A stretch of 32,000 nucleotides of DNA. Source: Pseudoalteromonas translucida KMM 520 (GTDB lineage Bacteria > Pseudomonadota > Gammaproteobacteria > Enterobacterales > Alteromonadaceae). The translations under genes were made by a program, and so were the position numbers. The DNA is taken from contig NZ_CP011034.1 of NCBI RefSeq assembly GCF_001465295.1, forward strand, positions 240,001-272,000, given 5' to 3'. Below are positions 10,640-19,520 of the stretch, one piece after another (positions within the stretch are counted from its first letter, which is position 1; each line of letters opens with the position of its first letter). The notes beneath the pieces were generated by a model. It saw nothing but the letters and a program-made list of their open reading frames with translations, was not told the DNA's origin and ran no database searches.

Positions 10640-11844
10640 CAGAAATACTGTTGATCCGCACGGGTCAAACCGAACAAGAGTTACTTAATTGGTTAATATA
10701 CTCACCACAAGAACAACAAATAATAGCCAGTGGTGAGCTAGCTAATGCCAGTTATTTAAACGAACTGAGTGAGAAGTCACTAGGGCGCGAAGTCGTTGTG
10801 CTATTACCTTGTGACCAAGTGCAATTAAAAACGGTAATGCTACCGACTAAATGGAACCGTAAGTTAGAGCAAGCTTTGCCCTATATGCTCGAAGAAGATA
10901 TAGCGTGCGATATAGATGAGCTATTTATTGCTGTAGGTGAATCTGTAATGATTGGCGAGCAGCATGCTGTTCGTGTTGCTATGACCGACCGAGAATGGTT
11001 TGAGACGTGGTTAGCGCTATTTGCAGAGCATAATTTATCGGTATATAAAATATTACCCGATGCTTTGTTATTACCCCCTGCAGATGAGGATACAGTAACG
11101 GCAATAGCGCTTAATAATCAGTGGTTATTTAAACAAGGCCCATGGCGTATAAGTGCAGTAGAGACGAGCTGGTTAAATGGTTATTTAACGGCAATGGGTA
11201 ATCCAGATATAAAGCACTTTAGTCCAGCGACTCAGTTTCCTGAAACGGTAAACTTACAGGCTCAAACCAGTGATTACGACCTACCGCTGGCATTATTTGC
11301 TAAGCAGCTAGAACACACTAAGTTTAATCTTCGCCAAGGTATGTATCAGCTTAAAAAGAAAAGCACCTTATGGTGGGGGTACTGGAAAAGTGCTGCCATT
11401 ATTACCAGCGTTGCCTTGGTAGCGAGTATTACGATTAAAGCTATAGAGTTGCATCAGCTAAATACCCAGTTAGAACTTGCTAAAGCACAGGTGATTGAGC
11501 GATACCAAAAGGCATTTCCGGGGACTAAAGTTCGCCCACACCTTATTAAAAACCAAATTAAAGGTGCACTGGCAAAAATACAAGATACCAGCGACGCTGG
11601 ATTTTTAGAGTTAACCACTGAGTTAGTGGGGGTGTTTTCGCAGATAAGTAATTTTACTCCAGAAACACTGCGTTATGACAAAAAACGTAATGAATTACGC
11701 ATGAGAGCACGCGCAAAAGACTTTCAAACCTTTGGTAAAGTTAAAGCCATACTTGAACAGCAAGGGTTAACGGTTGATCAAGGCTCGTTAAGTAACGATG
11801 GTGACTTTGTAGTTGGCGAAATTAAACTGCGAGGTGCAGTATGA
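10636..11844 (+). CDS. gspL: Type II secretion protein L (bitopic, GspE-binding cytoplasmic domain)
   Basis: 402 aa. GTG start with the SD ggagg 6 nt upstream and a GTGA overlap with gspK. Single TM at about residues 250-270. Operon position fits. Confidence 0.85.
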   Translation: MTEILLIRTGQTEQELLNWLIYSPQEQQIIASGELANASYLNELSEKSLGREVVVLLPCDQVQLKTVMLPTKWNRKLEQALPYMLEEDIACDIDELFIAVGESVMIGEQHAVRVAMTDREWFETWLALFAEHNLSVYKILPDALLLPPADEDTVTAIALNNQWLFKQGPWRISAVETSWLNGYLTAMGNPDIKHFSPATQFPETVNLQAQTSDYDLPLALFAKQLEHTKFNLRQGMYQLKKKSTLWWGYWKSAAIITSVALVASITIKAIELHQLNTQLELAKAQVIERYQKAFPGTKVRPHLIKNQIKGALAKIQDTSDAGFLELTTELVGVFSQISNFTPETLRYDKKRNELRMRARAKDFQTFGKVKAILEQQGLTVDQGSLSNDGDFVVGEIKLRGAV

Positions 11845-12314
11845 AGCAGCAGTTAATTAAATATTGGCGCTCACTAAAAGAGCAAGAGCAGCAGTTAATA
11901 ATAGTTGCGAGTGGTATTTTTATTGTGTTTATTTTAGTGATGGGCATTTTTAGACCCTTAAATAATGCAATAGCAAGTGCAGAGCAATCACAATTAAAAC
12001 AGCAAGAACTACTAGTGTGGGTTGATGAAAGTATTGTAAAGCTCAAGGCCGCTGGTAATACACAAGTGGTTAATAGTCAAAACATTAGCCAAATAGTTAA
12101 CGCCACCCGCGGACGCTATAAAATAAATATTAGTAAAATGCAGCCAAGTAATAACTCGCTACGTTTAACGCTCGACTCAGTAGAGTTTAATCAATTAATA
12201 CTGTGGCTTGATGAACTGGTCAATCAACATGGTTTACGGGTCGAAAATTTAGATTTGAGCCGTGACGATAAGTCGGGCTATGTACGTGTTAGCCGTTTGC
12301 TATTAGAGAAGTAA
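11841..12314 (+). CDS. gspM: Type II secretion protein M
   Basis: 157 aa. Single N-terminal TM (LIIVASGIFIVFILVMGIF). ATGA overlap with gspL. Confidence 0.85.
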   Translation: MKQQLIKYWRSLKEQEQQLIIVASGIFIVFILVMGIFRPLNNAIASAEQSQLKQQELLVWVDESIVKLKAAGNTQVVNSQNISQIVNATRGRYKINISKMQPSNNSLRLTLDSVEFNQLILWLDELVNQHGLRVENLDLSRDDKSGYVRVSRLLLEK

Positions 12315-12317
12315 TGA

Positions 12318-13076
12318 ATGAAAAAAATAATAACCTTATCCATTGTATTTTTACTTAGTTTTATTGTGTTTTGTATTATTAAGTTACCTGCAGCGGTGGC
12401 CATTGACCTAGCAAAACCTTATTTTCCTAAGCAACTTGAAGTAGGGCAAAGTGTTGGCACTATTTGGCAAGGGCAAATGATGCAAGTGCGCTACCAAGGT
12501 GAGCAATTAAATAATGTGCGTTGGGATGTTGCCGGGTGGGCATTATTTACCGGTAAGTTAAATGCCAATGTAAAATTTGGTGACCCACGTGAGCGCAGTG
12601 ATATATCGGGTTATGCAGATGTGAGCTTTGGTTTATTTAATAAGCAAGTGAAAGTAACCAATGGATTAGTGCGCTCAACAGTTGAAAGAGCGATGCAACG
12701 CATACAACTTCCGTTACCTGTAACCGCTAAAGGTCGTGTGATCTTGGAATTGGCAGAGTATACATCGGGCGCACCTTATTGTGAGTCACTGCAAGGCGAG
12801 ATAGCGAGCCCTAATATTGACGTACAAGGTTTGAACGGTTGGTTTAATATAGGCCCGCTTGGTGGTAACCTAAGCTGTAAATCGGGCGACATAGCCATAC
12901 TTATCGACCCAGATAACACCTTAGGGCTTGAAGCTGATGCAATCCTAAAAGCTAATTTTGACTTTAAAGTATCAGGCTATGTAAAGCCCGATGCCACGTT
13001 GCCAAAAGATGTACATGATGCGGTTAAGTTTTTAGGTCGTCCAGATAATCAAGGCCGTTACCCGCTCAACTTTTAA
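12318..13076 (+). CDS. gspN: Type II secretion protein N
   Basis: 252 aa. N-terminal TM anchor. Starts 3 nt after the gspM stop and is the last gene of the cluster, as in Vibrio/Aeromonas-type operons. Confidence 0.75.
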   Translation: MKKIITLSIVFLLSFIVFCIIKLPAAVAIDLAKPYFPKQLEVGQSVGTIWQGQMMQVRYQGEQLNNVRWDVAGWALFTGKLNANVKFGDPRERSDISGYADVSFGLFNKQVKVTNGLVRSTVERAMQRIQLPLPVTAKGRVILELAEYTSGAPYCESLQGEIASPNIDVQGLNGWFNIGPLGGNLSCKSGDIAILIDPDNTLGLEADAILKANFDFKVSGYVKPDATLPKDVHDAVKFLGRPDNQGRYPLNF

Positions 13077-13097
13077 TGTTTAATATAAAGAGTTTTA

Positions 13098-13685
13098 ATG
13101 CAATTACCCCAATTTACTGAGCAGCACGCTAAGCAGCTCAGCACATTTTTAGACACCCAGTCTCAAGCGATGACGCTAACGCAAAGCCAAGGTTATTTAT
13201 TTGGCGTAATTTGCTCTCCTGAGCCTCTAGACGTACATGAGTGGATGGCAGCAATTTTGCCTAATACAGCTAATAATGTAGATGAAGAAATGCTATTTTT
13301 ATTTATGGCGTTATACCATCAAATTAGTGAGCAAGTATTTGAAGTAGGCTATAAATTACCAGCACAATATAATTACGGATTTTGCAGTAATTGGAGCGCA
13401 GGTTTTGTAACGGCAACAACGTCATATACTCAAAAGTTATTAAGTTCAACCGCGTTAGAGGCAGAATATAAACAAGCCCTCGAAAGCGCTCAAGCCACAT
13501 TAAGCTTTTTTGCACTTGATGGGCAAACCATTAGCCAAATAGCGTTACAAAACAGTATTGATGAGCAGTTACTTTGCCAGCAGCAATATGAGCTAATGGG
13601 CGACTTTGCGCTAGGCTTTGCAGAGCTCGTGGAAATAGTCGCGCTTAATAGTGGCTTGTACACAGATGAAGGCTGGGAAGAGTAG
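13098..13685 (+). CDS. UPF0149 (YgfB/YecA N-domain-like) family protein
   Basis: 195 aa, acidic. The pattern L..FL......M.L...GYLFGVICSPEP....EW ... W..GF resembles UPF0149 proteins. There is no SEC-C metal-binding tail. This is recognised from memory only. Confidence 0.5.
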   Translation: MQLPQFTEQHAKQLSTFLDTQSQAMTLTQSQGYLFGVICSPEPLDVHEWMAAILPNTANNVDEEMLFLFMALYHQISEQVFEVGYKLPAQYNYGFCSNWSAGFVTATTSYTQKLLSSTALEAEYKQALESAQATLSFFALDGQTISQIALQNSIDEQLLCQQQYELMGDFALGFAELVEIVALNSGLYTDEGWEE

Positions 13686-13733
13686 TTTAGGCGCAGTAAT
13701 GAGTTGAGCTCAAAATATAGCCGTGAAATAAGT

Positions 13734-13940
13734 TTAAGCGCCTAGTTCTAATATAATATCAGTGCAGCCTTGCTTGCACTTAATCAGCCCTTTACCCGGC
13801 TCGCTGGTGGCTAAGTCGAGTGTTAAAACCCCATTACATTTTTCGCACTTTAGCGTTTTACCCTGCGTGAGTTTTTTAAGCATATTACGTTGCTGGTGAA
13901 ATGAGTCGCTGGCTTTTTTATTTAATCCAGAAAAGTCCAT
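13734..13940 (-). CDS. Small Cys4 (zinc-ribbon-like) protein of unknown function
   Basis: 68 aa with CEKC-(19 aa)-CKQGC. Its start codon overlaps the stop of the upstream ORF (TAATG). Confidence 0.55.
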   Translation of the reverse strand: MDFSGLNKKASDSFHQQRNMLKKLTQGKTLKCEKCNGVLTLDLATSEPGKGLIKCKQGCTDIILELGA

Positions 13941-14299
13941 TATTTACCTCGCATGTGTTCTAGTGAGCCGGATACTATTTTACATACAGTATTTAAGCGC
14001 TCATCATAAAAAAATAGGTTTAAGTCGCGCTCACGGCAGTAGCGTAAATGAAATAATCTTATTGAGTCATCGGTAGTAAATGTTTTTTCGGTGTACTCGC
14101 GCTCAGATTCAGACAGTGTTAATTGCGCACTAATTTTGTTTTTAGTCATGCTGGCAGTAGGGCTGCGATTCACTTTGCTCGCATCACTTAAAAAGTCAAT
14201 ACCATCGTTAAATAACCGCTCACGAGGCTCTTTCACCAAAGGGTGATCGACTGTGAAAAAGGCGAGGACTACTATTACCAAAATAATAAATTTTTTCAT
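13940..14299 (-). CDS. Signal-anchored or secreted protein of unknown function
   Basis: 119 aa. N-terminus MKKFIILVIVVLAFFTV looks like a signal peptide or anchor. Translationally coupled to the 68-aa ORF. Confidence 0.55.
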   Translation of the reverse strand: MKKFIILVIVVLAFFTVDHPLVKEPRERLFNDGIDFLSDASKVNRSPTASMTKNKISAQLTLSESEREYTEKTFTTDDSIRLFHLRYCRERDLNLFFYDERLNTVCKIVSGSLEHMRGK

Positions 14300-14423
14300 A
14301 GTTGGGTAAACTTTGATCCAAATAACATAAAATGATGCTGCAGTGTAATAAAATGTATTTTAAAAGCAAGTAACTAAAGTGAATAAATTATTAGCAATCT
14401 ATGCCAGTAATTTTAGCCAATAT

Positions 14424-14465
14424 TGTTATAATAGCTAACAGCAGTTAGATATTTCTGAAATATCT
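14424..14465 (+). promoter_or_regulatory. Candidate extended -10 promoter (TGtTATAAT) followed by a perfect 19-bp palindrome, upstream of ccoG
   Basis: tgttataat at 14424-14432. agatatttc-t-gaaatatct at 14447-14465 has 9-bp arms. It lies 115-155 nt upstream of the ccoG ATG. Confidence 0.35.
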
Positions 14466-14579
14466 GAAAGTATTCAAGTCTAGTTATAAATATTATACGT
14501 AATAAGTACGTTATTACACTATAAGGTAAACCTTGAATATAGCTGAATTTTTATTTCCAAGCGGTGTTGAGGAACTTCG

Positions 14580-16010
14580 ATGGACAAACAAATTAAAGTA
14601 AAAAATATACCAGTTGAAGTAAAGATTCAAAAGCCGGATCTTAGCGGGCAACAGGATCGGTTTAATCCACGTAATCGTATTTACGTGCGTGCTGTTAATG
14701 GCTTGCACCAACTTCTTAGGCAGCGAATTGGCTTTTTAGGTCTGTTGGCATTTATGCTGCTACCTTGGATAAATTTTAATGGTGAGCAGGCCGTTTTATT
14801 TGATTTAATAGGTCAAAAATACAATATTTTTGGTTTAACTCTGTGGCCGCAAGACTTTACCATACTCGCCTTTATTTTTATGTTGGCCGCGTTTGCTTTG
14901 TTTTTGGTCACTACATTTTATGGACGAGTGTGGTGTGGTTATACCTGCCCACAGACGGTGTGGACTTTTACCTTTATTTGGTTTGAAGAAAAGTTTGAAG
15001 GTACGGCAAACCAACGTAAAAAGCTCGACCAACGACCAATGGACTTTGATAAGTTTTGGCGCAAAACCGCTAAGCACACCAGTTGGATTTTGTTTTCTTT
15101 ATATACAGCAATTACATTTGTTGGTTACTTTACCCCTATTCGTGAGCTACTCCCTGATTTTGTTACCTTTAATTCCGGTAGCTATGCCTTGATGAGTATT
15201 ATCTTTTTTGCTGCTTGTACATACGGTAATGCTGGGTGGATGCGCGAAATTATGTGTTTACATATTTGCCCATACTCACGTTTTCAGTCAGCCATGTTTG
15301 ATAAAGATACCTATACAGTATCGTATGATGAAAAACGCGGTGAAAGCCGTGGCCCACGCTCGCGCAAAGTGGCACACCAAGATTTAGAAATAGGCGACTG
15401 TATTGACTGTAATTTATGCGTGCAAGTATGCCCAACCGGTATAGACATACGTAATGGCTTACAAGCAGAGTGTATTAACTGTGGCGCTTGTATTGATGCA
15501 TGTGATGGGGTGATGGATAAAATGAATTATCCACGCGGACTTATTTCTTATACCACTGAGCGAAACTTAGAAACGCCAGAGAATAAAACCAACCCATTGC
15601 GGGCAAAAATTATTGGCTATATAGTGATCATGGTTATTTTAACCAGTGCCTTGGTTGCCAATATTGCGCTGCGTAAAACGATGGAATTTGATATTATTCG
15701 CGATCGTAATCAGTTATATAGGGTTGATTTTGAAGGGTTGGTAGAAAACACCTACACCTTAAAAGTGATCAACAAAGCGCAGTATGAGCAAACCTTTACA
15801 ATTAAAGTGCAAGGGCTCGATAACTTTAAGTACATAGGTAAACAAACGTTTAGGGTTAACGCAGGGCAATCGCACAATGTGCCTTTATCACTGGTTATGG
15901 ATCCGTATGACTTAAAAGCGCCAATGACAGAATTTAACTTTGTGCTATCGCCGGTAGGCGAGCCCGACAATCAAATATCACAGTCGAGTAACTTTTTTAA
16001 AGCGCGGTAA
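14580..16010 (+). CDS. ccoG: Cytochrome c oxidase (cbb3) accessory protein CcoG/FixG/RdxA, 4Fe-4S ferredoxin-type
   Basis: 476 aa. Several TM segments. Two ferredoxin motifs: CIDCNLCVQVCPTG and CINCGACIDACD. SD gaggaa 6 nt before the ATG. Confidence 0.88.
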   Translation: MDKQIKVKNIPVEVKIQKPDLSGQQDRFNPRNRIYVRAVNGLHQLLRQRIGFLGLLAFMLLPWINFNGEQAVLFDLIGQKYNIFGLTLWPQDFTILAFIFMLAAFALFLVTTFYGRVWCGYTCPQTVWTFTFIWFEEKFEGTANQRKKLDQRPMDFDKFWRKTAKHTSWILFSLYTAITFVGYFTPIRELLPDFVTFNSGSYALMSIIFFAACTYGNAGWMREIMCLHICPYSRFQSAMFDKDTYTVSYDEKRGESRGPRSRKVAHQDLEIGDCIDCNLCVQVCPTGIDIRNGLQAECINCGACIDACDGVMDKMNYPRGLISYTTERNLETPENKTNPLRAKIIGYIVIMVILTSALVANIALRKTMEFDIIRDRNQLYRVDFEGLVENTYTLKVINKAQYEQTFTIKVQGLDNFKYIGKQTFRVNAGQSHNVPLSLVMDPYDLKAPMTEFNFVLSPVGEPDNQISQSSNFFKAR

Positions 16011-16018
16011 AGTTTAAC

Positions 16019-16048
16019 AAAAAGCGGGGTGTTCCCCGCTTTTATTTT
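16019..16048 (+). terminator. ccoG rho-independent terminator
   Basis: aaagcgggg-tgtt-ccccgcttt followed by tatttt, 9 nt after the ccoG stop. Confidence 0.8.
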
Positions 16049-16061
16049 ATATAAGAAGTGT

Positions 16062-17036
16062 ATGAGTAAATTTAGCTTTATTGATTTAACACCAGATCTA
16101 ATTCTTGATGCCATAGAAAGCGTTGGTATTTATGTTGAGTCTGGTTTATTGGCATTAAATAGTTACGAAAATAGAGTGTATCAATTTGTAGCTGAAGGCG
16201 GAAAACGCTACGTTGTTAAGTTTTATCGTCCAGAGCGTTGGAGCGAGGAGCAAATACAAGAAGAACATGACTTTGCCTTTGAGCTAGCAGAGGCCGAAGT
16301 ACCGGTTGTTGCGCCAATGGAATATAACGGGCAAAGCTTATTTGAACACCAAGGCTATTTATTTACTTTATTTCCAAGTGTTGGCGGGCGTTTATTTGAA
16401 GTCGACAACTTAGATCAACTTGATGTACTAGGGCGCTTAATTGGCAGAATGCACCAAGTTGCTAAAACAAAACCATTTACACAAAGGCCCACTCTAACCT
16501 GCGAAGAGTACTTACATACAGCAAAAGTTCACCTGCAAAAAAGTAACTTAGTACCTATGGGATTAGAAACCGCTTTTTATACCATTTTAGATTTGGTTAT
16601 TAAGCAGGCGCAAGCACAGTATACCAATGTAAAAACGATACGTTTACATGGGGATTGCCATGCTGGCAATATATTATGGGCAGGTGATGCGTTAATGTTT
16701 GTTGATTTAGATGATAGTCGCCAGGGGCCACCCATTCAGGATTTATGGATGATGCTAAGTGGCGATCGACAAACGCAGCTGTTACAGTTAGATACCTTAG
16801 TAACCGCCTATGAAGAATTTTGTGATTTTGATCACTCGCAGCTTAAGTTGATCGAACCACTTCGGGCTATGCGTATTATCCATTACATGGGGTGGGTTGC
16901 AAAACGATGGAGCGATCCGGCTTTTGTGCGGAACTTTTCATGGTTTGCCGATGACAAATACTGGGAGCAACAAATTTTAGCACTTAAAGAACAGCTTGCC
17001 GCATTGCAAGAAGCACCGCTAAAATTATTGCCATAA
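16062..17036 (+). CDS. srkA: Stress-response Ser/Thr kinase SrkA (YihE/RdoA)
   Basis: Kinase-like fold motifs LHGDCHAGNILW and FVDLDD. It lies directly upstream of dsbA, as yihE does in E. coli. I chose the ATG at 16062 because the track's GTG at 16029 lies inside the ccoG terminator hairpin. Confidence 0.88.
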   Translation: MSKFSFIDLTPDLILDAIESVGIYVESGLLALNSYENRVYQFVAEGGKRYVVKFYRPERWSEEQIQEEHDFAFELAEAEVPVVAPMEYNGQSLFEHQGYLFTLFPSVGGRLFEVDNLDQLDVLGRLIGRMHQVAKTKPFTQRPTLTCEEYLHTAKVHLQKSNLVPMGLETAFYTILDLVIKQAQAQYTNVKTIRLHGDCHAGNILWAGDALMFVDLDDSRQGPPIQDLWMMLSGDRQTQLLQLDTLVTAYEEFCDFDHSQLKLIEPLRAMRIIHYMGWVAKRWSDPAFVRNFSWFADDKYWEQQILALKEQLAALQEAPLKLLP

Positions 17037-17070
17037 CATTTTATTCAAAAATATGTACAACGAGAGACTA

Positions 17071-17694
17071 ATGCTTAAAAAATTAAAACTGAGCCTACTA
17101 CTTCTTTGTCTACCTTTTGCAGCACTTGCAGCAAACTTTGAAGTAGGTAATCAATATACAGTTATCGATATCGAAAAAAGTACTACACCACAAGTTACCG
17201 AATACTTTTCGTTTTATTGCCCGCATTGTTTTAAGTTTGAACCGGTTGCACACGCAATTGAAGAAAACCTACCTAAAGGTGCGGTGTTTATAAAAAATCA
17301 CGTTAACTTTTTAGGCGGCGTATCGCCACAAGCACAAAGTAACTTGAGCCTAGCTTATTTAGTTGCTAAAAAGCACGGACAAGCAGATACGATTACAGAC
17401 AAGATTTTTAAAAGTATTCATGTTCAGCGCGCACCACTGACTGAAATTAAAGATCTAAAAAAATTATTAGATATAAATGGCATTAGTAGCGATACATTTG
17501 ATCAAGATATTGCCAGTATGCCCATTATTGCAGCTGAACAAGCAATGCAAGATAAACAAAATAAATACTCAAAATTAGGTGCGCTAACAGGCGTTCCTAC
17601 TTTTATTGTAAACGACAAATATAAAATCAATCTAAATACCATCAAGAGCCAAGAAGAGCTTGATGAGTTAGTTTCATTTTTACTCGCACTATAA
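17071..17694 (+). CDS. dsbA: Periplasmic thiol:disulfide oxidoreductase DsbA (CPHC)
   Basis: Signal peptide MLKKLKLSLLLLCLPFAALA, active site FSFYCPHCFKFE, cis-Pro loop GVPTFIVN. The ATG at 17071 has gagag upstream, while 17053 has no SD. Confidence 0.9.
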   Translation: MLKKLKLSLLLLCLPFAALAANFEVGNQYTVIDIEKSTTPQVTEYFSFYCPHCFKFEPVAHAIEENLPKGAVFIKNHVNFLGGVSPQAQSNLSLAYLVAKKHGQADTITDKIFKSIHVQRAPLTEIKDLKKLLDINGISSDTFDQDIASMPIIAAEQAMQDKQNKYSKLGALTGVPTFIVNDKYKINLNTIKSQEELDELVSFLLAL

Positions 17695-17714
17695 AATATT
17701 GGAGCCATATAATA

Positions 17715-18353
17715 ATGATAAAATTAGTTAAAGCCGGTTTGCTTGCTGTATTACTACCTTTTGCTGCAACAAGTTTTGCAGCAACCTTTGAGGAAGGTGT
17801 GCATTATGAGGTTGTGTCTGAGCGCGCAACTAAAAAACCAGAAGTGAAAGAGTTTTTCTCATTTTACTGTCCTGCGTGTAATAACATGGAGCCACTGGTA
17901 GCCGAGATTAAACCAATGCTTGATAAAGGCGTAAAGTTTAAAAAGAGCCACGTTGATTTTGTTGGTGTACGCGATACCGAGCATCAGCAAATGATTAGCC
18001 AAGCGTTAGCAACGGCTGAAGTGCTACCACAAAAAGATAAAATTATTGCGGCTATCTTTAGCCACATTCATACAAAGCGCGCAAATTTTAATGAGCTAGC
18101 CGACGTAAAAGATGTGTTTGTAGCCCAAGGCGTTGATGGCGATAAGTTCGATAAGTTATTTAAAAGCTTTTCGGTACGTACATTAAGCTCAAAAATGAAG
18201 CGCGACCAAGACTACTTTAAAGAGAAAGGTGCATTGCGTGGTGTACCTACTTTTATCGTAAATGGTAAGTATAAACTGCTTCTAGGTCGCGAATCGGGTA
18301 TTAGCGAACCAGCAGATATCACTAAATTAATTAACTACTTGGCAAGCAAGTAA
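17715..18353 (+). CDS. dsbA2: Second DsbA-family oxidoreductase with a CPAC active site
   Basis: 212 aa. Signal peptide LLAVLLPFAATSFA, active site FSFYCPACNNME, loop GVPTFIVNGKY. By eye it is roughly one-third identical to the upstream DsbA. Confidence 0.88.
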   Translation: MIKLVKAGLLAVLLPFAATSFAATFEEGVHYEVVSERATKKPEVKEFFSFYCPACNNMEPLVAEIKPMLDKGVKFKKSHVDFVGVRDTEHQQMISQALATAEVLPQKDKIIAAIFSHIHTKRANFNELADVKDVFVAQGVDGDKFDKLFKSFSVRTLSSKMKRDQDYFKEKGALRGVPTFIVNGKYKLLLGRESGISEPADITKLINYLASK

Positions 18354-18360
18354 AGTTAAT

Positions 18361-18397
18361 CCCATACAAAAAGCTCCTTAGGAGCTTTTTTTATGGG
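18361..18397. terminator. Bidirectional terminator shared by dsbA2 (+) and trmA (-)
   Basis: cccatacaaaaagctcc-tta-ggagctttttttatggg: a long hairpin flanked by A and T runs on both strands. Confidence 0.8.
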
Positions 18398-18416
18398 TAA
18401 TTTTTAGCTGGTTATT

Positions 18417-19520
18417 TTAAGTATTCTTTTTTTGTAAAAATACACCCGACTCAATATGGTGCGTATAAGGGAATTGATCAAAAATCGCAAAGCGTTTAAC
18501 TTCATGGGTGCGGGTTAAGTGATCAAGGTCGCGCTCTAGTGTCTCTGGGTTACACGAAATATAAATAATATTTTCGTAATTTGCTACTAAGTCACACGTT
18601 AGAGTATCCATACCGGCACGTGGCGGATCAACTAAAATGGTTTGACAATTGTAGCTGTTTAAATCTATACCTTCTAAGCGAGAAAAACTACGTTCGCCAT
18701 TCATGGCTTGAGTAAACTCTTCGCTCGACATGCGAATAATATCTAAATTGGCAACCTTGTTTTGCGCTATATTGTACTGCGCTGAGTGTACCGACGACTT
18801 TGATATCTCGGTTGCCAGCACTTTGTTAAACGAACCCGCTAACGCAATAGAGAAGTTACCGTTACCACAATAAAGCTCAAGTAAATCATTTTTAAGTGGC
18901 TTACATAAGTCTTGCGCCCACTCTAGCATTTTAATATTTACTTTGGCATTTGGCTGGGTAAAGCTATTTTCTACCTGCTGATATATTAGTTCTTGGCCAT
19001 TCACGTTTAAGCGTTCGGTAACGTAGTCATCACCAAGCATTTCTTTTTGTTTGCGGGCACGGCCAATAAAATCAATTTTATACTTACTGCTTAACTTTTC
19101 TTTAAGCGCGTTAATTTCACTCAGCCAATGCTCATCAAGTGGCTTGTGATATAACAGACTCACTAAAATCTCACCGCTTAGCGTAGATAAGTAATCAATC
19201 TGAAATAATTTACGACGCAAAATTTCACACGACTTTAAATTATCAATCATTACTTGCATCACTTCACCTACCAAAGGAGCGGCAGGGTCAAAGCTATCAA
19301 CGCGAATTTTGTCTTTAGTTTGTTGATCAAACATTATATGAAACAGATCGTCACCATCGTGCCATACTCTAAACTCAGCGCGTTGGCGGTAGTTAATCGG
19401 CTCTGAGCTAAATACCTCAAGTTTATCCACACCAAAACGTTGAAATTGGGCAGCAATACGCTGTTCTTTTTCGCTTAACTGCGCATCGTACTGTGTGGTG
19501 TCTATTTTAATAACTGCCAT
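18417..19520 (-). CDS. trmA: tRNA (uracil54-C5)-methyltransferase
   Basis: 367 aa. SAM-binding [11 protein letters not shown]. Catalytic region ILVDPPRAG...YISCNP. Confidence 0.9.
   Translation of the reverse strand: MAVIKIDTTQYDAQLSEKEQRIAAQFQRFGVDKLEVFSSEPINYRQRAEFRVWHDGDDLFHIMFDQQTKDKIRVDSFDPAAPLVGEVMQVMIDNLKSCEILRRKLFQIDYLSTLSGEILVSLLYHKPLDEHWLSEINALKEKLSSKYKIDFIGRARKQKEMLGDDYVTERLNVNGQELIYQQVENSFTQPNAKVNIKMLEWAQDLCKPLKNDLLELYCGNGNFSIALAGSFNKVLATEISKSSVHSAQYNIAQNKVANLDIIRMSSEEFTQAMNGERSFSRLEGIDLNSYNCQTILVDPPRAGMDTLTCDLVANYENIIYISCNPETLERDLDHLTRTHEVKRFAIFDQFPYTHHIESGVFLQKKNT

Noticed and set aside
14313-14326. FNR/Anr-like half-match TTGATccaaATAAC upstream of ccoG.
   Set aside because: Only the left half-site matches TTGAT-N4-ATCAA. 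It is more than 250 nt from the ccoG start and only 14 nt from the divergent 119-aa ORF start, so the support is too weak.
334-15970. Other antisense or embedded ORFs in the track: 334-588, 1053-1244, 2047-2280, 2622-2819, 3522-3875, 4404-4586, 5152-5544, 5779-6023, 6068-6319, 6927-7160, 8735-9133, 9913-10137, 10459-10677, 11822-12046, 13324-13515, 14514-14711, 14835-15192, 15250-15435 and 15752-15970.
   Set aside because: Each lies wholly within or antisense to a confidently identified gene. They have odd composition (Ser/Cys/Leu-rich) and no independent support.
16029-16061. GTG start at 16029 for srkA.
   Set aside because: The GTG lies in the loop and stem of the ccoG terminator hairpin (aaagcggggtgttccccgcttt). 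The ATG at 16062 gives MSKFSFIDL..., consistent with SrkA/YihE N-termini.
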